A stretch of DNA of 64,000 nucleotides from contig CAWKKR010000011.1 of assembly GCA_963850305.1 (NCBI GenBank), positions 32,001 to 96,000 on the forward strand, in the 5' to 3' direction. A program made the translations under genes and the position numbers. This DNA comes from an uncultured delta proteobacterium (lineage in GTDB: Bacteria; Myxococcota_A; Polyangia; Polyangiales; Polyangiaceae). Shown here one piece after another: positions 46,575 to 54,885 of this stretch. The stretch's first letter is position 1. Each line of letters starts with the position of its first letter. The notes under the pieces were generated by a model. The model was not told the DNA's origin. It saw only the letters and a list, made by a program, of their open reading frames with translations, and did no database searches.

Positions 46575-46711
46575 TCGCGCCCGAATCTATCAGCGGTCCA
46601 CGATTCCTCGGCGCATTCGATTGGCCCGGGAGGCCCGGACGCCCTTCCGCGAGCGCTCTTTCCGTTTTCGGGTAAACAATCCTCTCGGCCTTTTGCTAGG
46701 TTCCGCGCGCC

Positions 46712-48328
46712 ATGCTGACCGCCAACGACATCTCGATGCACTTCGGGGGCAAGGTCCTCTTCGACCACGTGACGGTGACGTTCAACCCTGGCGAGCGCTA
46801 CGGCCTCACCGGTCCGAACGGATGCGGCAAGTCGACGTTCATGAAGATCCTCTCGGGCGAGCTCGAACCTCAGAGCGGCTCCGTGACCGTCCGGGGGCGT
46901 CTCGGAGTCTTGAAGCAAGACCATTCGATCTACGCGAGCCGCCGGATCCTGGACGTCGTTCGCATGGGAAACCCGGTACTGTGGGCCGCACTCGAAGAGA
47001 AGGAACAACTCCTCGAACGCGAGGCGTACCTGACGGAAGAGGAGGGCATGCGCCTCGGCGAACTCGAGATGACGATCGCGGAGGAGGACGGCTACACTGC
47101 AGAGTCGGAGGCCGCCGGACTCCTCCAGGGTCTCGGCATCCCGGAGCAATTCCACGAAGAAAAGCTCGAGGTGTTGCAGGGCGGCGACCGCGTGCGCGTT
47201 CTCATCGCGCAGGCGCTCTTCGGCAACCCCGCGACGTTACTCCTCGACGAGCCGACGAACAGCCTCGATATCGCGAGCATCCGCTGGCTCGAGTCGTTCT
47301 TGCTCGCGTATCAGGGCGCGCTCGTCGTCATCAGCCACGATCGTCACTTCCTGAACGAAGTGTGCACGTGCATCGCGGACGTGGATTACGAGACGATCAT
47401 CGTCTACCCCGGAAACTACGACGACATGGTTTCCGCGAAGGCCGAGGCGCGCGGGGCACTCGAGCTCCAGAACGCGGCCAAGCAGAAGAAGGTCTCGGAG
47501 CTGCAGGAGTTCGTGCAGCGCTTCCGGGCCGGCTCCCGCGCAAGCCAGGTAAAGTCACGGGAAAAACAGGTCGAGCGCGAGAAAAAGGCGATGGCGGATC
47601 TGAAGCGGTCCAACATCGAACGCCCGTTCATCCGCTTCGAGACGGCCCGGCAGAGTGGCAAAAATGTCCTCTCCGTAGTGAGCCTCGGCAAATCCTTCGA
47701 CGAGAAGATCATCTGCAAGAACTTCAACCTGAGCCTCATGCGCGGCGACAAGATCGCACTCGTCGGCCGAAACGGTATCGGGAAAACGACGCTGCTCCGT
47801 CTGCTGAACGACGAGATCGAGCCTGACGCCGGCAAGGTCGAGTGGGGCTATGAAGCGCGCATCGGATACATGCCGCAGGAACACGCCGAGCTCATCGGGC
47901 GCTCAGAACAAACCGCGCGCGACTGGCTCCGCCAGTTCAACGACAAGGTCGACGAAGAGAATCTTCGCGCTCTCTTCGGACGGTTGCTCTTCAAGAAGGA
48001 CGAGCCTCTCAAGCCGACGAAGGTGCTCTCCGGAGGCGAGACGGTGCGCCTCTTGCTCGCGAAGCTGATGCTCTCGCAGCCGAACGTGCTCCTCCTCGAC
48101 GAACCGACGAACCACCTCGACCTGGAAGCGATCCGCTCACTCACGGAGGCGCTTGCCGTCTACGACGGCACCGCGATCTTCGTGACGCACGATCGCAACA
48201 TGGTCGATCGCGTCGCCACGCGGATCCTCGAGATGTCCGACGACGGCCTCCGCGAGCTCTCGCCCCACGAATTCCAGGAGGGCCGCTTCCTCATGAAGCA
48301 CGCCACGTACGAGAAACCCGCGGCTTGA
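46712..48328 (+). CDS. ABC-F family ATPase (YbiT-like)
   Basis: Two ABC cassettes (GPNGCGKST, GRNGIGKTT, LLLDEPTN x2), no TM segments. Confidence 0.95.
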   Translation: MLTANDISMHFGGKVLFDHVTVTFNPGERYGLTGPNGCGKSTFMKILSGELEPQSGSVTVRGRLGVLKQDHSIYASRRILDVVRMGNPVLWAALEEKEQLLEREAYLTEEEGMRLGELEMTIAEEDGYTAESEAAGLLQGLGIPEQFHEEKLEVLQGGDRVRVLIAQALFGNPATLLLDEPTNSLDIASIRWLESFLLAYQGALVVISHDRHFLNEVCTCIADVDYETIIVYPGNYDDMVSAKAEARGALELQNAAKQKKVSELQEFVQRFRAGSRASQVKSREKQVEREKKAMADLKRSNIERPFIRFETARQSGKNVLSVVSLGKSFDEKIICKNFNLSLMRGDKIALVGRNGIGKTTLLRLLNDEIEPDAGKVEWGYEARIGYMPQEHAELIGRSEQTARDWLRQFNDKVDEENLRALFGRLLFKKDEPLKPTKVLSGGETVRLLLAKLMLSQPNVLLLDEPTNHLDLEAIRSLTEALAVYDGTAIFVTHDRNMVDRVATRILEMSDDGLRELSPHEFQEGRFLMKHATYEKPAA

Positions 48329-48461
48329 GCGCCGGCGCACCCGGCCACGTCGCAGGTTTCGTCTGGTTTTTGGGGCTCTGCGCGACGAAAACCGGACCAA
48401 GGCCGTGGCCGCTCGCCCGGAGTTGACGAATCGCGCGGTCTACTTCAGATAACGGAGCGTC

Positions 48462-49646
48462 ATGATTCCGACGTTCGGACAGCTGAGCGCCCTCGGTTTG
48501 CTGCTGGTCGTCGTCGTCGCGGCCTACGCGCGGGGCCGCTTCTACGCGACGTTCGCGGGCGTCGTACTCGGCATTCACACCCTAGTCTCGGTGGCGCTCG
48601 CGCCGTACTTCGCTTGGACGCATCCCCTCTATGGGTGTCTCCAGGCGGCCGTGTACCTGCACTTCCTCTCGCTGGTGCGCCCGCGGCTCCGGCCGTTCGC
48701 GTATCGGGCGGTCGTGAGCATCCCGGCGTCGTGGTTCGCCGCGGGCACGCTGCTCGCATTCCCCTGGGCCATCGCTGCCGGCCTCGGCTTCCATCCCTTC
48801 GCGCCCTGGTTACCCTACGCGATTGCACTGGCCGGGATGATCGACACGCTGTCCGCACGTGAAGAGGACGTGGACGTCGTGCTGGACGGAGCTTCGATCC
48901 CGGAACTGCAGCGAACTCCCCGCGGCAACGCACGCTCGGTGCGACCGCTCCGGATCGTCCAGATCACGGACCCGCATCTCGGTCCGTTCATGTCCGTCCG
49001 CAGGCTTCGCAAGATCTGCGAGCGCGCGGTCGCGAAGAACCCCGATCTGGTGCTCCTGACGGGAGACTTTCTCACCATGGAATCGCAGGGCGATCCGCGT
49101 TACCTCGCGGACGCGCTCGAGCCGCTTCGAGCCATGGCCGGGCGCGTCCTCGCGTGCCGGGGTAACCACGATCTGGAGGTGCCGGACGTCGTGGCGCGCG
49201 CGTGTGAGTCCGCGTCGGTGCGCTTGCTGATCGACGAGTCCGTGCGAGTCGAGACGGGAGCCGGAACAGTCGAGGTGCTCGGTGTCGATTTTCGGTTTCG
49301 AGACCGCGAAGCTCACCTTGCCGAGGTGTTCGCGATGCACCCGCGGCGCGAAGGAGAGCTCCGGATCGCGATGCTCCATGACCCGGGCGCGTTCAAGTAC
49401 GTCCCCGACGGCGGCGCCAATCTCGTTCTCAGCGGACATACGCACGGCGGACAACTCGGGCTGCTCTGGCTCGGGCTGGAGGCGACCATCGTGTCCGCGC
49501 TGACATCCCTTCCGGATCACGGTTTCTGGGCGCTCGGCTCGAACCGGCTCTATGTGCATCGCGGCACGGGGCACTACGGATTCCCGCTTCGGGTCGGTGT
49601 CCCGTCGGAGCACAGCGTGCTGTCGGTGCATCACGTGCTCGACTGA
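48462..49646 (+). CDS. Membrane-anchored metallophosphoesterase (YkuE/YaeI-like)
   Basis: TDPHLG, TGDF, GNHD and SGHTHGGQ motifs; N-terminal TM helices. Confidence 0.92.
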   Translation: MIPTFGQLSALGLLLVVVVAAYARGRFYATFAGVVLGIHTLVSVALAPYFAWTHPLYGCLQAAVYLHFLSLVRPRLRPFAYRAVVSIPASWFAAGTLLAFPWAIAAGLGFHPFAPWLPYAIALAGMIDTLSAREEDVDVVLDGASIPELQRTPRGNARSVRPLRIVQITDPHLGPFMSVRRLRKICERAVAKNPDLVLLTGDFLTMESQGDPRYLADALEPLRAMAGRVLACRGNHDLEVPDVVARACESASVRLLIDESVRVETGAGTVEVLGVDFRFRDREAHLAEVFAMHPRREGELRIAMLHDPGAFKYVPDGGANLVLSGHTHGGQLGLLWLGLEATIVSALTSLPDHGFWALGSNRLYVHRGTGHYGFPLRVGVPSEHSVLSVHHVLD

Positions 49647-49728
49647 AGGCGCTGTCCGGACGCCTTGACGGATCGGACACGCGGGAGCAAAAGCTCAGAC
49701 CGATTTGGCCTGGCTCCACGTACCCTCG

Positions 49729-51327
49729 ATGGTTCGACTCGGTTCGAGCCTCGCCGTCGGAGCGCTCGTAGCCGGGTGCGCTGCGGCGCCGAAGCCGAGG
49801 CCCGCTTCTCCGCGCGCCGCTCGAGCGCCGTCACCCTCCCCGCCGCCGCCCGTGCCGGGAAAGACGCCGATCGCACCGGTTCCGTCGTCCGCGCCCGCCG
49901 CACCCGCCTCGCCGGCGACGCCGGTCGAGGCGAGCGGGCCGCCCCTCGGCGCCGCCTGGGGAACCGCAAATCCGGCCATTCTGGTGGCCGCTTCTCCGGA
50001 GCGGCGCTGGCTCGCCGTGTGTCAGGCGCGGCGTGACACGAACGGCGACGGCGTGGTCCGGGTCGACGTCGGACCACAGGGCGAGCTCCGGGGGGACCAG
50101 CTCGACGGCTTCTTCCTGGAAGGACCGGGCGACGGGTTCCGCATCGACGCGTTCGGCGGGAGCGACCCGACGGGGCGCTTCGTCGCGCTGGTTCGCGATG
50201 GGCAACTCGTCCTTTACGATTCGACGACGCACTCCGAGGTCACGCTTGGACCGGACGCCGACACCCGCGACGACCTTGGCTCCTTCGTTCACCCGCGCGC
50301 GGTCGCGTTCGACCCGACGGGTCGCCGCTTGCTCTATCTACGCAGATCCGGCCCGTTCGATCGCATCGTCGTTCGATATCTCACCCTTCCTAACGAAGTA
50401 TCGGTCGACCCTGGAGACGGTGAGTTGTGGCGAGCAGACTTCGATCCATCGGGCGACTGGGTCATTGCTCGCGTCATCACCACGGACACGAATCACGATG
50501 GGCGGCTCGACTGGACGGTGAAGGAAGCGCCGGCACCATGGATGCGTTGCCAGGGGCCCTTGCCCCGGTACGCCGTCTGGGAACGTCCCGGCGACGAGTC
50601 CGAAGCGCGCGTGGCGAAAGCGACGGGGGGCGACGCGATCGTCGCGCCCGGGCTCGTGATGCCGTTCGGCGACACGCTCCTCGAACGCGATCCGGACGGA
50701 ACGCTCGCGCGAGTCGAGCCCGACGGCAAACGCAGCGTGCTCGCCGTCAAGACCTGCGAGGCACGCCTTCTCCACGTGGACGGAGGGCGGGGCACCGCGT
50801 TAATCACGTGCCTGGATAAGAAGAAGCGCCACGGAGTGTCCTTCGTGGACCGCACGGGCGTGCGACCTTTGCCGATCACGCTGACGGTCGCGGTCGGCGA
50901 TCACTTCGTCGAGGGATCGCCTCGTCTGATCGCGCTTCAGCCCGGCTCCAGCGCGGTGCTCGTCGACATGGACCATGGAACCATCGACGGGCTCGACGAT
51001 GGGGATCGCATCCTCGCCACGCGGGGAGCGCGGGCGCTCGTGCTCCGCGGGCGCCACCTCGTCCTGCACGAGTCCGGGGGGCTCGAGCGAGCGATTACAG
51101 GAGACCTTGTGCCGCTCGGTCACACGCTTTGGAGCAACGACACGTTCTTCGTGCCGCCGCTCGTCGTGAATCTCGATGAAGGTGTGCTTCTGGGTACGTC
51201 GCAGGCTCGCGCGATCGCCGTATCCAGGGACGGAGCGTTGCTGGTACCCGAGAAGGCCGCAGACGCCCGTCGCCTCGCATCGGGACCATTCCGGTGGGTA
51301 GCGTCGGAGGCCGTGCCTCCCAGGTGA
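49729..51327 (+). CDS. Hypothetical lipoprotein, probable beta-propeller with DTNxDG motifs
   Basis: Lipobox VAG-C; Pro-rich linker; repeated (F)DP[TS]Gxx[LV] blades; DTNGDG and DTNHDG. Confidence 0.75.
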   Translation: MVRLGSSLAVGALVAGCAAAPKPRPASPRAARAPSPSPPPPVPGKTPIAPVPSSAPAAPASPATPVEASGPPLGAAWGTANPAILVAASPERRWLAVCQARRDTNGDGVVRVDVGPQGELRGDQLDGFFLEGPGDGFRIDAFGGSDPTGRFVALVRDGQLVLYDSTTHSEVTLGPDADTRDDLGSFVHPRAVAFDPTGRRLLYLRRSGPFDRIVVRYLTLPNEVSVDPGDGELWRADFDPSGDWVIARVITTDTNHDGRLDWTVKEAPAPWMRCQGPLPRYAVWERPGDESEARVAKATGGDAIVAPGLVMPFGDTLLERDPDGTLARVEPDGKRSVLAVKTCEARLLHVDGGRGTALITCLDKKKRHGVSFVDRTGVRPLPITLTVAVGDHFVEGSPRLIALQPGSSAVLVDMDHGTIDGLDDGDRILATRGARALVLRGRHLVLHESGGLERAITGDLVPLGHTLWSNDTFFVPPLVVNLDEGVLLGTSQARAIAVSRDGALLVPEKAADARRLASGPFRWVASEAVPPR

Positions 51328-51427
51328 AACCAAGATGCAGCCATCGAAGTCGACGTCGCAGCGCGCCTCTGGAGCCTTCCTTTCGTGATCGCGCCTCGCA
51401 CGGTTTCGCGGATGTTTCCGAGCTGCG

Positions 51428-51449
51428 TTGAATTACTCTATAATTTCAA
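51428..51449. promoter_or_regulatory. AT-rich imperfect palindrome, candidate operator
   Basis: TTGAATTA-ctcta-TAATTTCAA in an AT-rich island ~50 bp upstream of the HemD fusion start. Confidence 0.5.
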
Positions 51450-51497
51450 GTATTTATATGCTTGCGTGGACAGGTAAATCCTTAGGTATTGGAGGCG

Positions 51498-53522
51498 ATG
51501 GACGTCTCGCCTGCCGCCCCCGCACCCCCCGACTCGACGCGAGGCCCGCTGGGTGGGAAGCGAATTGCGTTGTCGTCTTCACCTGGCGCGGACGCCCTGT
51601 CGACGTTGCTCGAGAACGCGGGAGCGCGGGTTCTCAGGTTCGAGCTGGCGCGGCCGCCCGACGAGCGCGAGCTGGAGCGCTGGCTCGGCGCGCTGACGCG
51701 GGGCGAGTTCGACGACATCGTCTTCTTCACGGCGCAGGGCGTTCGTTTGCTGTACGAGATGGCCCGGCAACTCGGGCGCGAAGGGGCGGCCCTCGAGGCG
51801 CTGCGAGCGACCCGACTGATCGCGGATGGCAGCCGCACGGCGCGGGCACTCGCGGAGCTCGGGTTGCGCGCGACGGCACGGGCCACCGGAACGATCACGC
51901 TGCAGGAAACCGTGATGTCCCTTGGCGTCTCGGGGCGCGTGGTGGCCCTCCAACCCCGAAGCTCCCCGGAGGACCTGGAGCTCGCGCGCGAACTCCAGCG
52001 AGCGGGTGCGACGGTTCACATCACGACCCGCGCGGACATGCCGGACACGGCCGCCGACGACATCGTGCACCGGATGCTCGACGCTAGCGTGGACTCGGTC
52101 GTGCTATTCGATGCAGAGCAGGTCGCGTGGGTATGGGACGCGGCCCTTTCCACCGGTCGAACCGGCGCGCTTCGCGATGCGTTGGGAAAGATGTGCATCG
52201 TCGCCAGCGAGTCTGCGACCGACGCGCTCCGCGATCTCGGCGTGCGTGCGCAGGCCGTGCCCTCCCGAATGCTGCACGGCCAGGCCAGCATCGAAGACGC
52301 CGTGGCGCTCTTCACGCCACCGAAGCGACGAAGCGCGTCGCGCACCGACGCCGGCCGCATCGTCGTGGTTGGCCGTTCGGCGGCCGCGGACGCTTTCTGT
52401 GAACGGCTCGGAGAACTCGACGAGGCAGGTGCGTTTCAGCTGACGACGCTGGCAGAAGATCGGGTGACGGGGCTCGACTGCGAGCGGCAGGTCGTACACG
52501 AGGCTTCTGGAGGGTCGGTCTCGTACGATCTGCTCGTGCTGGCACCGGGCACGACCAGCGTCGCACCCACCTTGCCCGGCACCGATCGGGAGGGAGTCGC
52601 AATTCACGAGTCACGACCGGATCTCTCAGCACTGGGCGAGCGCGCACGGACGGCCCGCGCCGTGGTCATCGTCGGGACCGGCGCGGCGGCCCTGGAGGTC
52701 GCGGAAGCAGTTCACTCGGACGGGAACGTGACTCAGCTCGTCGAGAGCGGGCCTCATCTGCTTCCCGGAACGCTCGATCCCGGAGGCGCCGCGCTTCTCG
52801 AGCGGATGCTCGAGAAGCGCGGACTGACCGTCCATCTCGGAAAGACGGCCGTTCGAATCACCGGAGACCAGCGAGTCACTGGACTCCGTTTGAACGACGG
52901 CACGAAGCTCGACGCCGATTTCGTCGTTCTCATCGCGGCGGCGCGGCCGAACCACGAGCTCGCCGAAGACGCCGGGCTGGACGTCGCGGACGGTGGAAGC
53001 CTCGTCGTGGACGACGAGTTTCGAACCAGCGACGCCCATGTTTATGCGCTTGGACCGGGTGTCACCTGCCGTGTCGACGGGTTGGTGACGCCTCGTACCG
53101 ATGAGGAGGCCGCAGCGCGTGCCCTCGCAGAGCGCATCGCAACCGACTCCGGCGCTCATGCCTTTCGTGCGGCAGCCTCGTCCAGGCGAAGAATCTTTGG
53201 CATCGATGTGGCAGCCCTGGGAGACCCGATCGCGGAGCGCCGGACCGGACGTTCCCTCGTCCTTTTTGACGCGACGCGCGGAACGTACAAGAAGCTCGCC
53301 CTCTCGGAGGACGGGGCGCGCCTGGTCGGCGCGGTGCTCGTCGGCGAGGTCGACGACCACGCGGAGCTGCTGTCCGTGTATCGGGATGGCCAGCTTGCGG
53401 AGTCAGTACAGCACGGGACGAATGGCCATGCCGCAGGGGCGCGGTCGAGCGGATTGATCGGCGCGATCCTCGTCGCGGACGATCGGGTCCGAATTCTGCC
53501 CAGCGGACACGTCATTCCGTGA
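51498..53522 (+). CDS. Uroporphyrinogen-III synthase (HemD)-like domain fused to a degenerate NirB/rubredoxin-reductase-like FAD/NAD domain
   Basis: N-terminal LSTLLENAGA...FDDIVFFTAQGV; C-terminal SYDLLVLAPG, VVDDEFRTSDAHVYALG, YKKLALSEDG.RLVGAVLVG; GGAGG RBS. Confidence 0.82.
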   Translation: MDVSPAAPAPPDSTRGPLGGKRIALSSSPGADALSTLLENAGARVLRFELARPPDERELERWLGALTRGEFDDIVFFTAQGVRLLYEMARQLGREGAALEALRATRLIADGSRTARALAELGLRATARATGTITLQETVMSLGVSGRVVALQPRSSPEDLELARELQRAGATVHITTRADMPDTAADDIVHRMLDASVDSVVLFDAEQVAWVWDAALSTGRTGALRDALGKMCIVASESATDALRDLGVRAQAVPSRMLHGQASIEDAVALFTPPKRRSASRTDAGRIVVVGRSAAADAFCERLGELDEAGAFQLTTLAEDRVTGLDCERQVVHEASGGSVSYDLLVLAPGTTSVAPTLPGTDREGVAIHESRPDLSALGERARTARAVVIVGTGAAALEVAEAVHSDGNVTQLVESGPHLLPGTLDPGGAALLERMLEKRGLTVHLGKTAVRITGDQRVTGLRLNDGTKLDADFVVLIAAARPNHELAEDAGLDVADGGSLVVDDEFRTSDAHVYALGPGVTCRVDGLVTPRTDEEAAARALAERIATDSGAHAFRAAASSRRRIFGIDVAALGDPIAERRTGRSLVLFDATRGTYKKLALSEDGARLVGAVLVGEVDDHAELLSVYRDGQLAESVQHGTNGHAAGARSSGLIGAILVADDRVRILPSGHVIP

Positions 53523-53645
53523 CGCGTCGCGCTCGACGCGGGCGCGTCTCGTGCCAGGGACGACCGTGTTCTGACGCGGACCGTCGCGAAGAGCCCTCGT
53601 CCGCGATTTGTGCGCCTCGCGATCGGGCGGTAAGATTCCGAAACA

Positions 53646-53891
53646 ATGCCGACACGAAGCCCACTCAAGCCCGCAGAAGCCGAAAGCATCGTCACCGAGT
53701 TACGGGAAGAGCATGGGCTCGGACAAAAGTATCGGCTGAAGGTCGAAGCTGCGCAGCGAGGGTGGCACGTGCAGGATCAGCAGGGTCGAGTCGAGTCGGT
53801 GCCGCCGATGCCCGCCGGCGAGTGGCGCGAATATCTGGAAGAGCGCTTCATCGAAGCCATCACCCAGCACGACGAGACATCGGAAGCATAG
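53646..53891 (+). CDS. Small hypothetical protein (81 aa)
   Basis: ORF with protein-like composition in an otherwise unassigned gap. Confidence 0.6.
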   Translation: MPTRSPLKPAEAESIVTELREEHGLGQKYRLKVEAAQRGWHVQDQQGRVESVPPMPAGEWREYLEERFIEAITQHDETSEA

Positions 53892-54017
53892 CCGCCTCGA
53901 TGGTCACGGGTCCGCGTTCGAGGTGCAGCGTGGGTCGAGAGATGCCGAAGGCCAATGACCCCAGCATCGGGCAAGTGCCGCGACCATGCCTGCCGCGCAG
54001 GCGCCGTTACCAATGTT

Positions 54018-54875
54018 TCAGGGCAGCTCGAACCGAAAGCGGATTCGTTCGGCGAGATCGCAGGCGATCCCGCCCGGGCGTCCGTTGCCGACCGCGCGCT
54101 CGTCGAGCGAGACCACCGGCATCACCAGCTGCGACGTGGAACAGATGAAGACCTCGTCGGCAGCGGCGACGCGGTCGAGCGAAATCAGCTCGCCCCGAAC
54201 GTCGATACCTGCCTCCCGGGCGCACTCGACTACGAAAGGACGCATCGTACCGGGCAACAGGTCGCTCGATTGCGCGGGCGTCTTGAGCTCACCGCGCTCC
54301 ACGATGAAGACGTTGCTCGACGCGCCTTCGTGGACGACTCCGGACGCGCCGACCAGGAGCGCTTCGTCGGCGTTCCTCCGCTTGGCCTCCCGCTTGGCAA
54401 GGATCGCGGGCAGGAGCATCGTGGTCTTCAAGTCGCGACGCGACCAGCGAATGTCGGGTGTGGAGATGGCTCGAATGCCCCGAGCGACGTCGGCAGCCGT
54501 CGGGAACGTGAAGGGAGTCACGTAAGTGAAGAACGTCGGATGGGGCGCGACCTCGGGGAGATGCGTCCGCGGAGTGGCACCCCCGGTGACCTGCGCGTAG
54601 AGCAGGGCCTGTTCGACGCCTTCGTCCGCGATCAGAGCCGCGACGATCCGCTGCCAGTCCATGAGCTCGGGAACGCCGGATTCCAGCCCGAGCTCTTTCG
54701 CCGCATTGCGCATACGGGTCACGTGCGCTTCGAGAAGGCGCGGCACGCCGCGCGTGATCGACGTTACCTCGTACAGGCTTTCCCCGAACTCTAGCCCGCG
54801 ATCGTCGAGAGGGATCCTGGCTTCCTCGAACGGAACGAACCGATCGTCCAACCACGCGCGCTTCGGAACGGCCAT
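54018..54875 (-). CDS. Class IV aminotransferase (D-amino acid transaminase-like)
   Basis: DRGLEFGESLYE, RDLKTTMLL (PLP Lys), EGASSNVF, LLPGTMR and DEVFICST motifs. Confidence 0.92.
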   Translation of the reverse strand: MAVPKRAWLDDRFVPFEEARIPLDDRGLEFGESLYEVTSITRGVPRLLEAHVTRMRNAAKELGLESGVPELMDWQRIVAALIADEGVEQALLYAQVTGGATPRTHLPEVAPHPTFFTYVTPFTFPTAADVARGIRAISTPDIRWSRRDLKTTMLLPAILAKREAKRRNADEALLVGASGVVHEGASSNVFIVERGELKTPAQSSDLLPGTMRPFVVECAREAGIDVRGELISLDRVAAADEVFICSTSQLVMPVVSLDERAVGNGRPGGIACDLAERIRFRFELP

Positions 54876-54885
54876 TCTTCGAGAG

